Shown piece by piece: positions 28,246 to 40,858 of a DNA stretch of 64,000 nucleotides. How positions within the stretch are numbered: position 1 is the first letter of the stretch; the number at the start of each line of letters is the position of its first letter. Below the pieces are notes generated by a model. The model was not told where the DNA came from, did no database searches, and saw nothing but the letters and a program-made list of their open reading frames with translations. Position numbers and translations under genes: made by a program. The DNA is from Candidatus Omnitrophota bacterium (lineage in GTDB: Bacteria; Omnitrophota; Gorgyraeia; 2-01-FULL-45-10). Location of the stretch: contig JAPLME010000007.1 in assembly GCA_026387175.1 (NCBI GenBank), positions 64,487-128,486 on the forward strand, in the 5' to 3' direction.

Positions 28246-30018
28246 TCAGCTATAGAATTCCTTAATAATGTTCATCTTGCCGAGTGACTTGAGTGCCTCG
28301 ATAACATATCTTTTATTGCCGGGATTCTTGAATTGTATGAGCGCGCGCTGGAGCTTCTTCTCGCGAAGGTTTTTCGCCACATATACGTCCTGCCGGGTAA
28401 ATGGGTCTTTTCCGGTGTAGAACATTGCTCCTGATGCGGTCATCGGAAGCGGAATAAAATCCTGGATCTGTTCCGGATAGACATGCATCTTTTTTAATTC
28501 AAGCGAAAGATTCAGGGAATCTTCCAGTCTGGCTCCGGGATGCCCTACTATGATATAATTCACGAGAAATTGTTTCTTATTAAGTTTTTTGTTAACAGCA
28601 TCGAAGCGCTGGACGAAATGTTCATATACGCTAAAGCGCGGCTTTCGCATAAGGTCGAGCACATGCGCCTGGCCGTGCTCGGGCGCGACTTTCAACTGCC
28701 CGCTGACATGGTGAGCGCACAGCTCTCTCAGGTATTCGTCGGATTCGTTATCGTTCAGCAGATCATATCGGACGCCGCTCCCGACAAATATATGTTTGAC
28801 GCGCTCGATCGAGCCTGCGTGTTTCCAGAGTTCTATCATCTTAGAATAGCCGAGTTTAAGGTTCTTGCATTTTGCCGGGAAAAGGCATCTGCGGTCCTTG
28901 CAGGCGCCTTTATTTTTCCATAGATCGCAATGCGCCTCATAAAGATTTGCGGTCGCTCCTCCTATGTCGGTGATAGTGCCGTTAAAATCGGGCTGAGATG
29001 CCAGGGTTTTTATTTCTTTTAGTATGGATTCAGCGCTTCGGCTCTGGATGATCCTGCCCTGATGGGCGTAGAGAGAACAGAAGCTGCACTCTCCGGGGCA
29101 CCCCCTGTGCGATATGATCGAATATTTTACCGTTTCGAAACCCGGCACTCCGCCAGCCTTCTTATAACTGGGATGCGGCGATCTTGCGAACGGCAGTTTG
29201 TATATTCTGTCCATCTCTTTTGTGGATAACGGTTTCGCGCATGGGAGCTGGATCACGAAGCGAGCGGCATGGCGCTGTATTATCGTGCGGCCCCGCAGAG
29301 GATCCTGCTCCATATATGCGAGCCGGAAGGCTTCATTGAATTTATCTTTACTGTAGCTTGCCTCTTCAAATGAAGGTATCGATACGGCATCGTTAAAATT
29401 ATCTATCGAATTCCTGACGATGACCGTTCCGCGTATGTCGTTCAGATCTTTTATCCTTTCACCATCCCGCAGGCGTCTCGCTATTTCGGCTATCTGTACT
29501 TCGCCCATCCCGTATACAAGGATATCTGCCTTGGAATCAAGCAGTATCGACCTGCGGAGGGTATCCGACCAGTAGTCATAGTGAGCGAGCCTGCGCATGC
29601 TTGCCTCGATACCGCCGATGACGATCGGTATATTACCAAAAGCCTGGCGTATCTTGTTCGTGTATATAAGCGTTGCGCGGTCAGGACGCAGATCTGTCTT
29701 ACCTCCGGGCGAATACTCATCCTCGCTTCTAAATTTCTTGTTAGCGGTATAATTGGCGATCATCGAGTCCAGGTTGCCCGCAGTGACGCCAAAAAATAAT
29801 CGCGGCCGGCCCATCCTCTTTAGGGAGTCTGGGTTCTTCAGGTCGGGCTGGGCTATTATACCGACCTTATATCCTTCAGATTCAAGGACCCTTCCGATGA
29901 CGGCCCCTCCATAAGACGGGTGATCGACGTAGGCATCACCGGTCACTATTATTATGTCGAGATAGCTCCACCCTAGCGCGGACATCTCCTCTTTCGTCAT
30001 CGGTAAAAAATCACTCAT
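28246..30018 (-). CDS. ygiQ: YgiQ family radical SAM protein
   Basis: FLPMT, GDAYVDHPS, GGIEASMRRLAHYDYWSD and RGCPGECSFC motifs. Confidence 0.9.
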   Translation of the reverse strand: MSDFLPMTKEEMSALGWSYLDIIIVTGDAYVDHPSYGGAVIGRVLESEGYKVGIIAQPDLKNPDSLKRMGRPRLFFGVTAGNLDSMIANYTANKKFRSEDEYSPGGKTDLRPDRATLIYTNKIRQAFGNIPIVIGGIEASMRRLAHYDYWSDTLRRSILLDSKADILVYGMGEVQIAEIARRLRDGERIKDLNDIRGTVIVRNSIDNFNDAVSIPSFEEASYSKDKFNEAFRLAYMEQDPLRGRTIIQRHAARFVIQLPCAKPLSTKEMDRIYKLPFARSPHPSYKKAGGVPGFETVKYSIISHRGCPGECSFCSLYAHQGRIIQSRSAESILKEIKTLASQPDFNGTITDIGGATANLYEAHCDLWKNKGACKDRRCLFPAKCKNLKLGYSKMIELWKHAGSIERVKHIFVGSGVRYDLLNDNESDEYLRELCAHHVSGQLKVAPEHGQAHVLDLMRKPRFSVYEHFVQRFDAVNKKLNKKQFLVNYIIVGHPGARLEDSLNLSLELKKMHVYPEQIQDFIPLPMTASGAMFYTGKDPFTRQDVYVAKNLREKKLQRALIQFKNPGNKRYVIEALKSLGKMNIIKEFYS

Positions 30019-30661
30019 ATGTAATAGCCATTATTTTTTTATAGACTTCATTAAAGTCTTTGGTCTTACAGGTATAATCAGCTATTCTTTTCAGCTTAGC
30101 GCTTGAGCAGTTGAAGGCGATAAAGAAACCGGAATTTCTGGCAAGCGGTATATCGCCTTCGGTATCACCCACGCTTATTACCTCGTGCGGTTTCACCTTG
30201 AACTTTTTGTAAATTTCCGCCAGCGCCGTATGTTTCGCGCCGTGTTCGAGGTTTATCTTCACGCCGCCGGTCAGTAAACCGTTCCGTGAGGAGAGTAGGT
30301 TTGATATGGCATAATCGAATTTCAGCTCAGATCTTACCCGTTCCGTCATGAATTGCAGGCCGGTGGATACAGCGGCTAACTTGAATCCCTGTCTTTTTAA
30401 TTTAGTTATCGAGCGCGCAGCGTTCTTCGAGTAACGCACGCTTCTGAATATCGAGCGTATCTTTCTGATACGCATTCCCTTCCAATGGGCGGCGTCAAGT
30501 TCGCAGAATTTTCTGTAGGATATCTTACCGGCGAAGAAGTCTTCCTGATAACGGAACGCGCGATTTGACCAGAGGCGGAGTTTCTCATGGATATAGCGCC
30601 ACGAGCTGATGTGACGGGTTATGGTGCCGTCGATATCGAATATTATCAGCTTATACTTCAT
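30011..30661 (-). CDS. HAD-superfamily phosphatase (phosphoserine phosphatase-like)
   Basis: FDIDGT, VSTG, K and GDTEGD motifs. Confidence 0.87.
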   Translation of the reverse strand: MKYKLIIFDIDGTITRHISSWRYIHEKLRLWSNRAFRYQEDFFAGKISYRKFCELDAAHWKGMRIRKIRSIFRSVRYSKNAARSITKLKRQGFKLAAVSTGLQFMTERVRSELKFDYAISNLLSSRNGLLTGGVKINLEHGAKHTALAEIYKKFKVKPHEVISVGDTEGDIPLARNSGFFIAFNCSSAKLKRIADYTCKTKDFNEVYKKIMAITYE

Positions 30662-31099
30662 CTATAATATTTTTAGCAGGGAGAGCCCGGTCCCGGGGTC
30701 GATCTCTTTAGTCGCCCTTACCCCTTTTAGTTCAAATACCACCGCCTCTATAACCAGGAATACTTTGGATTTTTTGCGGACACATCCGGTGAGGGTCTTG
30801 AGCTTTTTGCCCATCGAGGCATGCAGATGTATTTGCGGGCCCTTTGAGTTAGTATATATGGTGCCGATACCCATAACCTCCCAGGCATCTTTAAATCCGA
30901 CCCAGTTAGGCTCAGGTGGTATAACGGGTTTTTTGGGCCCGGTCACGAGATCGCCTTTTTTCAGGGCGCCTATAAATACGAGCGTAGCGGCCCTTATCTT
31001 CTCTTTTCTGGCGAGCTTATCAAGCTCGTCTAACAGCACATCGTCGTCGTTGAATTTTATCAAAAATATTCTGCCTATGGAGCCTTTAGTATATTTCAT
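30662..31099 (-). CDS. PPC/DUF296 domain protein
   Basis: IGAL, EVMGIGTI, HLHASMG and G.......V.EAVV pattern. Confidence 0.85.
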   Translation of the reverse strand: MKYTKGSIGRIFLIKFNDDDVLLDELDKLARKEKIRAATLVFIGALKKGDLVTGPKKPVIPPEPNWVGFKDAWEVMGIGTIYTNSKGPQIHLHASMGKKLKTLTGCVRKKSKVFLVIEAVVFELKGVRATKEIDPGTGLSLLKIL

Positions 31100-31362
31100 G
31101 TCCTGTGCTCCTGGTCTAACAATATAGTAGCTCTATTCTTTATGATCTCGAGAAATCCGTTGGTCTTCGAGTCTAAAGCCGTTGTCTTTCCGGAGGCGTC
31201 TTTCAGAGTTATCTTTCCGGGGAGGAGAGTTGTCATCAGGGGGGCATGGTCGGCCAGTATTCCCAGATAGCCGATCTCTCCCGGAGCGACCAGCGACTGC
31301 AGGTCGCCCTCGAATATCTTTTTATCGCTCGATAGGATAGTCAGGTGAAATAACTTTGGCAC
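31096..31362 (-). CDS. atpC: ATP synthase epsilon subunit (N-terminal beta domain only)
   Basis: PGEIGYLGILADHAPL motif; position after atpD; GTG start. Confidence 0.9.
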   Translation of the reverse strand: MPKLFHLTILSSDKKIFEGDLQSLVAPGEIGYLGILADHAPLMTTLLPGKITLKDASGKTTALDSKTNGFLEIIKNRATILLDQEHRT

Positions 31363-31367
31363 GATGA

Positions 31368-33633
<2,266 letters not shown>

Positions 33634-33637
<4 letters not shown>

Positions 33638-35151
33638 TTAATGGTATTCCTGAATCCGGTTTTGAATGATTCTATGGCTTTATTAAGTTTTTCCTTCAGC
33701 GGATCATCAAGAACCCTCTTCGCTTCGATCTCGCGCTCTATATCCGGATGAGTCGAATCGATATATTTATAGAATTCAATCTCAAATTTTCGGATCACAG
33801 ATATCTTCAAATCGTCCAGAAATCCATTTGTCGCGGCATAAATAATCATTACCTGTTTCCCCAGCCCGAGCGTATCGTATTGCCCCTGTTTCAATATCTC
33901 GACCATTCGCTCTCCGCGATGCAGCTGTGCCTGCGTGGTCTTATCGAGCTCCGACCCAAACTGGGAGAAAGCGATAAGCTCCCTGTACTGCGCCAGGTCC
34001 AGCCTCAACCTTCCGGCTACCTGCTTCATGGCCTTCTCCTGGGCGTTACCGCCTACCCGCGAGACCGATAAGCCCACATTGATCGCAGGGCGTACGCCTG
34101 CATAGAACAGGTCGGTTTCGAGATATATCTGGCCGTCGGTGATAGATATGACGTTCGTCGGTATGTAACTCGTTATGTCTCCCGCTTGCGTCTCTATTAT
34201 CGGAAGCGCGGTGATGGACCCTCCCCCGAGCTTGTCGCTCAGCTTTGCCGCGCGCTCCAGTAGCCTCGAATGCAGATAGAAGATATCTCCCGGGTATGCT
34301 TCCCTGCCCGGAGGCCTTCTCAATAGGAGCGAAAGCTGTCTGTAGGCCTGCGCGTGTTTTGAGAGATCGTCATATATGACCAGTACGTCTTTCCCTAAAT
34401 GCATGAACTCTTCCGCCATGGCGCAGGCTGAATAAGGGGCCAGATACTGCAGTGAGGCCGATGCGCGCGATGAAGCGCTTACGATAATCGTATGCTCCAT
34501 TGCGCCATACTGCTTAAGCGTCTCCGAGACGGATACTATGCTCGACATCTTCTGCCCGATAGCTACATAGATGCAGTAAACGCCTTTACCCTTCTGGTTG
34601 ATTATCGTATCGATCGCGATAGCTGTCTTGCCTGTCTGGCGGTCCGCGATTATGAGTTCACGTTGTCCGCGGCCTATGGGGATCATTGAATCGATAGCTT
34701 TTATGCCTGTATAGAGCGGCTGGGTGACAGGCTGCCGGTCTATGACGCCCGGCGACCTTGCCTCGACGGGCCGGTGTCTATTCGTGGCGATGGGTCCTTT
34801 GCCGTCTCTCGGATGTCCGAGTGCGCTAACGACCCTTCCTAAAAGGGCTTCTCCTACCGGCACCTGAGCGATCTTCCCCGTCCGCTTTACGATCTCGCCT
34901 TCCCGTATCTCTTTTTCATCTCCCAGTATGACTATGCCTACGCTATCCTCCTCCAGATTGAAGACTATCCCTTCGGTGCCGTCTTTAAACGTGACAAGCT
35001 CGCCCACCATGACATCATCTAACCCGTACACGAGGGCTATCCCGTCACCGACCTGCAGGACCGTTCCGACCGATTCGACCCTGAGCCTGGTTCGGTATTT
35101 CTCTAATTCTTTCTTAATTATGGCTGTTACTTCATGCGGCTGCAGATGCAT
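33634..35151 (-). CDS. atpA: ATP synthase F1 alpha subunit
   Basis: [17 protein letters not shown] and [12 protein letters not shown] motifs. Confidence 0.98.
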
Positions 35152-35152
35152 A

Positions 35153-35701
35153 TCATACCACCTTCAGTACGTCGAGCTTTTTTTTCATATCTTCCAGGCG
35201 TTTTTTGACGGACCCGTCTATTATTAAATTTCCTATTTGCGCATACGCGCCGCCGACCAGGTCTGCGTCAAGCTGAATATATAGATGGATCTTCCTGCTT
35301 ATGCGCTGCTCAAGAGCGTTTTTTATCCTATGGAGCGTATTCGTCTCAAGCGGATAGCTTGTCTTAAGGAGCGTGTCGGCTTCAGCGCCGTGAGCGTAAT
35401 GTATGCGCGTATATTCCGCTATGTCGACGAATAGATCGATGCGTTTGGCTTCGATAAGCAGTTTGAGAAAGTGTATCAGCTCATCATTAAATTCATTTTT
35501 AAATACAGCGTTGACGACTTCATCCTTTTCGGAGTTTGTTATCGCGGGACTCTCGAGAAACTCTTTAAGGTTCGGGTTGTCGCGCATAATGCGCTTTGCC
35601 CTATGCAGCTCATCCAGGCCCTGCACGAAACCGATCGTCTCTTTAGCGTATGCTAAAAATGCGTTTGCGTACCTCTTTGACACTATCTCTTCCCTGATCA
35701 C
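35153..35701 (-). CDS. atpH: ATP synthase delta subunit
   Basis: KRYANAF and LVGG...IDGSV motifs; operon position; GTG start. Confidence 0.92.
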   Translation of the reverse strand: MIREEIVSKRYANAFLAYAKETIGFVQGLDELHRAKRIMRDNPNLKEFLESPAITNSEKDEVVNAVFKNEFNDELIHFLKLLIEAKRIDLFVDIAEYTRIHYAHGAEADTLLKTSYPLETNTLHRIKNALEQRISRKIHLYIQLDADLVGGAYAQIGNLIIDGSVKKRLEDMKKKLDVLKVV

Positions 35702-36192
35702 TTTTTCTCGATCCCCTTAAGAAAATCTTCGACCAGCCGCCTGTCGCTTTCCTCGGAAAGCTTCTCCTGAATGACCTTCTCGGCCACCCGTATGGTCAGG
35801 TCCACGATGTCATCCTTAAGCTCTTCTCTGGCTTTCGCGACTTCGTCCTTGATATTAGATTTTGCCTTATCAATGATCTTTTCCGAGTCCAGCTCAGCCT
35901 TGGCTTTCAATTCTTCGGCAAGTACGCGGCCCTGGTCCACCGCCTCCCGTATCTTCGCCTTAGCTTCATCGTCTATATCGGCAAGCTTCTTTTCGTACTC
36001 TCCTTTAATCCGCGAAAGAGTCTCTTTGGCCTCTTCGATCCTCTTAAACTCGGACGAGACAGTCTCCCGCCTCTTGTCGATAATGCCGAGGAACTTCTTC
36101 CACAGAAAGCTCCGCATTATTACAAGCAGTATCAGAAAGCATATTATCTGGGCGACCAGCTCATTTGTGTTGAGAAGTTTCAGCAGGCCCAT
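35698..36192 (-). CDS. atpF: ATP synthase Fo b subunit
   Basis: N-terminal TM helix followed by a long charged coiled coil; operon position. Confidence 0.92.
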   Translation of the reverse strand: MGLLKLLNTNELVAQIICFLILLVIMRSFLWKKFLGIIDKRRETVSSEFKRIEEAKETLSRIKGEYEKKLADIDDEAKAKIREAVDQGRVLAEELKAKAELDSEKIIDKAKSNIKDEVAKAREELKDDIVDLTIRVAEKVIQEKLSEESDRRLVEDFLKGIEKK

Positions 36193-36203
36193 TCAGTATT
36201 TCC

Positions 36204-36434
36204 TTAAATTTTCCCTGCCAGGCTAAAAGCGAAGACAAGCGCATAGATCGTTATGGCCTCAATGAACGCGCAGCCGGTAGCCATATTTATCAATATCTTC
36301 ATCGACGCTTCCGGTTGCCTGCCCGTCGCCTCCATCGCTGCCGCTACCGCCCTGCCCAGCGCTATAGCCGAGCCGAAAGCGGCTATCCCCAGACCTATGG
36401 GAAGGCCGAACGATAACATCGTCTTATAATCCAT
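36204..36434 (-). CDS. atpE: ATP synthase Fo c subunit (H+-type signature)
   Basis: RQPE loop and FIEAITIY; lacks the Q...ES/T Na+ ligands; GGAGG RBS. Confidence 0.95.
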   Translation of the reverse strand: MDYKTMLSFGLPIGLGIAAFGSAIALGRAVAAAMEATGRQPEASMKILINMATGCAFIEAITIYALVFAFSLAGKI

Positions 36435-36447
36435 CTCCTACCTCCTT

Positions 36448-36550
36448 GTTTATTCAGCCGTACTGTATGCCAAGTGCCGATATCCCTGATATCGGCCTAG
36501 TTTATTCAGCCTTATTGTAGGCTAAGTGCCGATATCTCTGATATCGGCCT
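36448..36550 (-). repeat. 52-bp tandem double-hairpin element, copy 1 (upstream of the atpE RBS)
   Basis: Two units with GCCGATATC-NNN-GATATCGGC and anchors at 36474 and 36526; homologous to 56023-56127. Confidence 0.88.
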
Positions 36551-37295
36551 TTTCTTCGCGGGTTAATGCTAACGCAAAATATATTGTCGTCAAAAGACAG
36601 AATACCGAGGCCTGCACGACCGCGGCAAGGGCGGCAATGAACATATTGAATAATAAGAGCGGTACCCCTTTAAGGCCGAAGCCCGCGAGCACCGCGAGCA
36701 GCATGTCATCGCCCCATATATTGGACCGGAGCCTGAGCGATAGGCTTATGGGCCTTACAAGTTCTGAGATGATATGCAGAAATAGCATCAGTAATGGTAT
36801 GACCACCGATGCCGCCAGTATTCCCCTGGGTTTCCCCATAAGATGGTCGACGAATCCCAATAACCCGAGCTCCTTCAATGTGGTGTACTGCAGATAGACG
36901 AATACGCATAACGCGAGCGCAAGAGTTACGGACCAGTTCGATGTGGGCGCTTTCATGAAAGGCACGAGGCTTATGAGGTTCATGGATAGTATGTATATGA
37001 AGAGAGTCCCTATGAAAGGCGTAAAACGCCTTCCCTTGGGCCCGAGTATGCCGCATATGAATGAGTCAAATCCTCCTACGAACATTTCGAACGCCGACTG
37101 CAGCCTTCCGGGGATCATCCTGAGGCGCCGGGACGCGACTATAGTAATCAGCGAAATGGCGGCTATAACTATCAAAGAGAAGATGACATTCTCGTAATGG
37201 GACAGGTTTCTCAGTACCGGGATATCTTTAAAATGCTCCGAGATAATAGTTACGATATTCGGAAGCTCGTGGCTTGCTACGCTCGCTTCGGCCAT
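36522..37295 (-). CDS. atpB: ATP synthase Fo a subunit
   Basis: PGRLQ, RPISLSLRL and VQASVFCLLT motifs. Confidence 0.95.
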   Translation of the reverse strand: MAEASVASHELPNIVTIISEHFKDIPVLRNLSHYENVIFSLIVIAAISLITIVASRRLRMIPGRLQSAFEMFVGGFDSFICGILGPKGRRFTPFIGTLFIYILSMNLISLVPFMKAPTSNWSVTLALALCVFVYLQYTTLKELGLLGFVDHLMGKPRGILAASVVIPLLMLFLHIISELVRPISLSLRLRSNIWGDDMLLAVLAGFGLKGVPLLLFNMFIAALAAVVQASVFCLLTTIYFALALTREEKADIRDIGT

Positions 37296-37624
37296 ATATT
37301 CATAATTCCTATAATTAATAGCGTAAGCCCTATCCCGGTTAAAAGGCTCATTACCGGAAAGAGTTTATATTTTAAGATGAAGAATCCCCCAATATACAAT
37401 ACCGGGAACTTTATTATAAGCGCCCTGGTTATTCTTTTTGGTTCTTTCTGCAGAAGCGCCATCTCAAAGAGGCTCACTGTTAGCGAGTAGTTTATAACGC
37501 ACCATAGTATGCCCGCCATTAAGCCTGCCGCCCAATCGATTTCGTTCCGGAAAAGCAGCATGGCCCCTGCGGCGGCGCCCGTCAGGTATGCGGTCTTCCT
37601 GACGCTTCTTACGATATCATTCAT
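37277..37624 (-). CDS. atpI: ATP synthase subunit I-like membrane protein
   Basis: Four hydrophobic segments, immediately upstream of atpB. Start moved to ATG 37624. Confidence 0.65.
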   Translation of the reverse strand: MNDIVRSVRKTAYLTGAAAGAMLLFRNEIDWAAGLMAGILWCVINYSLTVSLFEMALLQKEPKRITRALIIKFPVLYIGGFFILKYKLFPVMSLLTGIGLTLLIIGIMNIWPKRA

Positions 37625-37854
37625 TACCGCTCCTTGGTCCTGAGGGCGATCTTTATTATTCTGATGGTCTCCTGGACGCTTGCTATGAAACCCAGTATAA
37701 CACAAATAACTGCTGTGTAGCCAGGCAAAGTAAATTTTTTTATCAATAGATCAGCTATAAGATATCCGCCAAGCGGCCCGCCTGCCAGAATTATGGGAAT
37801 GACCGCCAAGAGCCCTGCTGTCCTCACCCATCTATACAGCTCTTCGCTCTTCAT
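37624..37854 (-). CDS. AtpZ/AtpI-family (ATPase gene 1) two-TM protein
   Basis: Two TM helices with GYLIAD...LGFIAS pattern. Start moved to ATG 37854 (TAATG coupling). Confidence 0.7.
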   Translation of the reverse strand: MKSEELYRWVRTAGLLAVIPIILAGGPLGGYLIADLLIKKFTLPGYTAVICVILGFIASVQETIRIIKIALRTKER

Positions 37855-38351
37855 TAGGCAATAGTCTCTGCCAATATGACGGCAACTTTCTCCGCCGCCG
37901 TCTCTACGCTTTTGGATACGGCCTTGCCGAAATCGATCCTTTTTGGCTGAATGCCTATTACGGTAGCCTGACATCCGCATGAATTCACAAGGTAATCTAT
38001 CAGTATCTTCGCGGGCATCTTGTGGGTCGAAAAAGATGCGCCGCCTCCTACGTCTTCGGGTTTGAAGAGATAGATCGATCCGGCTCTCTTTCCGGCATCT
38101 ATAGTATCGATCATTATAAGGTGCGAGGGCTTAAATTTTTTGATCTCACCGGTGAGGTTTTCAGGCGCTGTTTCTCCGAAGAATATTTTTACGGGGACGC
38201 GGGCTTTTCGTTTGGATAATTTATCTTTCAGGCTGCGGGCGGCGAGCATACCGGAAACGTCGTCGGCCCTGAGATCAGAACCTATGCCGAGGACGGCAAT
38301 TTTTTCGGCGTTATGAAATCTATTTTTTAACGTCTTCCTTAATGTCCGCAC
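37854..38351 (-). CDS. hycI: Hydrogenase maturation protease (HycI-like)
   Basis: LGIGSDLRADD, ETAPEN, STHKMP and GIQP motifs; GTG start. Confidence 0.88.
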   Translation of the reverse strand: MRTLRKTLKNRFHNAEKIAVLGIGSDLRADDVSGMLAARSLKDKLSKRKARVPVKIFFGETAPENLTGEIKKFKPSHLIMIDTIDAGKRAGSIYLFKPEDVGGGASFSTHKMPAKILIDYLVNSCGCQATVIGIQPKRIDFGKAVSKSVETAAEKVAVILAETIA

Positions 38352-38697
38352 CGAATATCACTTTCAGTTTTTTCTTATCGAGAACGGCGAGCTCGAACTC
38401 TTTAGTGGATTCCAGCGCTTTTTTCATGCAGGAGTCTACGCACTGAGCGCAATATATGCATTTTGCGAGATTGAACTCCGCTTCAAATTTCTTATCCCCG
38501 ACTTTATTGATGGTTATGGCATTTGACGGGCAATCCCTGACGCACATCTTGCAGCCTATGCATAATTCCGGGTGGAAGATTATCTTTCCCCTGTAGCGAT
38601 CCGGCATTGCGCTCTTCTTGAAAGGGTATTGCGACGTCGCCGGTTTCTTGAAAAGGGACTCAAGCACCTGTTTTACCATCTTTCCGGGCCTGATCAT
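38320..38697 (-). CDS. Hydrogenase 2x[4Fe-4S] subunit (NuoI/EchF-like)
   Basis: CIGCKMCVRDCP and CIYCAQCVDSC motifs. Start moved to ATG 38697. Confidence 0.9.
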   Translation of the reverse strand: MIRPGKMVKQVLESLFKKPATSQYPFKKSAMPDRYRGKIIFHPELCIGCKMCVRDCPSNAITINKVGDKKFEAEFNLAKCIYCAQCVDSCMKKALESTKEFELAVLDKKKLKVIFGADIKEDVKK

Positions 38698-39635
38698 TTC
38701 GTGAGCACCCCTTTCATGATGAGGCATATGAGCATCTGGAGGAATGCGAACGGCGATACGTATTTCCAGCAGAATTCCACCATCTGGTCCATTCTGAAGC
38801 GCGCGAAGACTGTGCGCGCGAGCGACATGATCGCTATTATAAATAATAGTTTGGCTATATATACGGGAAACCCGAGTACTGCCGGAAGCCCGAATCCGAA
38901 CGGCAGATAGACGGCCGCGACAAGCGACGCGCCTACGATCGTCTCCACATTGATGGAAAGCCTGAAGAGCGCCAATAGCCTGCCGCTGTATTCGGTGAAG
39001 GTACCTCCGACGATCTCCGTCTCGGCTTCGGGCGTGTCGAACGGCACCTTTTCCAGTTTTCCCAATAACGCGATTATCGATATGACAAACCCTATCAGGT
39101 TAAAGAGCCAGTACCAGTGGTGACTGCTGTAGAAGAGCGCCATTTCGCTGAGTGACCAGGTATTGGCAAGCATGGCCGGCGCCAGTATGCACATTAATAA
39201 CGGTACTTCATACGCGAAAAGCTGCGTGAGCGACCTGATGGCGCCGATCTTAGAATATAATGAGGTTGAATACCATCCGCCCAGAAAGTATGTAAGGGTC
39301 GGTATCGTCAGCAGATATATTGTCACTATCAGGTCCCCGTTAAACGAGTAAAGCGCCTGCGTATGCCAGAGAGGTATATAGAACGAAGCTGTGATAGTGG
39401 CTGTTAACGCGAATATAGGCATCGCTTTAAACATCCTGGGGTTAGCTTCCGCCGGTATTATAGATTCTTTCGAGACGAGCTTTATAAAGTCGGCCCATGG
39501 CTGGAACCATGGCGGCCCGACTCTGTTTTGCAGTCTGGCATATAATTTGCGGTCGATAAATTCCGCGGCCAGCCCGGCTGTGCCGAGAAACAAAAAGCCG
39601 GGAAATATGACAATATTGAACAGGTCTAATAACAT
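38694..39635 (-). CDS. Hydrogenase membrane subunit (NuoH/EchB-like)
   Basis: RKLYARLQNRVGPP, PFDTPEAETE and RFRMDQ motifs. Confidence 0.92.
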   Translation of the reverse strand: MLLDLFNIVIFPGFLFLGTAGLAAEFIDRKLYARLQNRVGPPWFQPWADFIKLVSKESIIPAEANPRMFKAMPIFALTATITASFYIPLWHTQALYSFNGDLIVTIYLLTIPTLTYFLGGWYSTSLYSKIGAIRSLTQLFAYEVPLLMCILAPAMLANTWSLSEMALFYSSHHWYWLFNLIGFVISIIALLGKLEKVPFDTPEAETEIVGGTFTEYSGRLLALFRLSINVETIVGASLVAAVYLPFGFGLPAVLGFPVYIAKLLFIIAIMSLARTVFARFRMDQMVEFCWKYVSPFAFLQMLICLIMKGVLTK

Positions 39636-40858
39636 CTTATAGCCTCTTGAGCGAATTTCTTGTTAAGTTTCGAGAAGTCGATACCGTTCGAACGGTGCCA
39701 TTCTATGCCGTGTAAACGCAGCTCTTCCCACTTTACGATGTGGGGTGACCTCTTATTAAGATCTTTGACAGTGATAAGCCTGTCAGTGCATGAAAAGCAC
39801 GGGTCTATCGCCGCGATCACTATAGGAAGATCCGCAAGCTGCCTGTCCTCAAGCATCTTCGCTACCGTCTGAATGTTCGCCAGGGTCGGAGCCCTCACTT
39901 TTACTCTTTCGGGCTTATCGGTGCCATTGGCCTTCACATAGTGGACGTCCTCGCCTCTGGGGGCCTCGTAACGGCTGAAGGCTTCTCCGGCGGGTATCTT
40001 GCGCGGAGACTTTATCGCTATAGGGCCGTCCGGTATATTTTTTAAGGCCGTGCGGATCAGGCGATATGACTCCATCAGCTCACCCATCCTAACGAGCGTC
40101 CGGCCGTATACGTCATTATGGTCATCCGTAACGATCTTGAAATCCAGTTCTGCGTAAGCCGCATAAGGGTCGTCGCGTCTCGTGTCTCTGGCTACATTTG
40201 AAGCTCGCGCGGTAGGCCCGACAGCTCCGAGAGATAACGCGTCCTCGCGCGAGAGCATTCCTACTCCCGACAGCCTCTGAATTAAAGTGGTCTCTTCTTT
40301 TGCTACCTGGATGTAATACTTTGTTCTCTCTTCCAGAATATCCATGGCCTTTAAGATGTGTTCTATGTGCTCGGGGCTAAGATCGCGCTTTACGCCCCCT
40401 ATCACATTCATGCCGTAATTGACGCGATTACCGGTCAGTTCCGCAAGGATGTCCATTACCACTTCGCGGTCGCGCCATGTATACATCAGGAGAGTATCAA
40501 ATCCTACCTCATGGCCGGCGACGCCGAGCCACAAGAGATGGCTGTGTATTCTCTCCAATTCGCCTATTATCGAGCGGATGTAAAGGGCCCTGCGCGGAGT
40601 CTCCAGTCCGGCTATCTCTTCGACGGCCTGGGCGAAGCATGTAGCGTGTGTGTGCGAGCATATACCGCATATACGTTCGATAAGATAGATATCCTGTAGG
40701 TACGTTCTGGCTTCACACGCTTTCTCTATGCCGCGATGATTATATCCGAGCCGGGCGCTGAACGCCATTATCCTCTCGCCCGCCAAAGTGACGCTGAAGC
40801 TCTCGGGCTCTTTCAGCGCCGGATGCTGGGGGCCTATCGGTATTACGACTTTACGCAT
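39626..40858 (-). CDS. Group 4 [NiFe]-hydrogenase large subunit
   Basis: L1 ERICGICSHTH and L2 DPCFSCTDR; all four Ni-binding cysteines present; C-terminal extension after the Arg. Confidence 0.93.
   Translation of the reverse strand: MRKVVIPIGPQHPALKEPESFSVTLAGERIMAFSARLGYNHRGIEKACEARTYLQDIYLIERICGICSHTHATCFAQAVEEIAGLETPRRALYIRSIIGELERIHSHLLWLGVAGHEVGFDTLLMYTWRDREVVMDILAELTGNRVNYGMNVIGGVKRDLSPEHIEHILKAMDILEERTKYYIQVAKEETTLIQRLSGVGMLSREDALSLGAVGPTARASNVARDTRRDDPYAAYAELDFKIVTDDHNDVYGRTLVRMGELMESYRLIRTALKNIPDGPIAIKSPRKIPAGEAFSRYEAPRGEDVHYVKANGTDKPERVKVRAPTLANIQTVAKMLEDRQLADLPIVIAAIDPCFSCTDRLITVKDLNKRSPHIVKWEELRLHGIEWHRSNGIDFSKLNKKFAQEAIRCY

Noticed and set aside
36448-36550. 52-bp tandem palindromic repeats as a mini CRISPR array
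   Set aside because: Only two units per locus, the sequence between palindromes is conserved rather than unique, and no cas genes are in the window.
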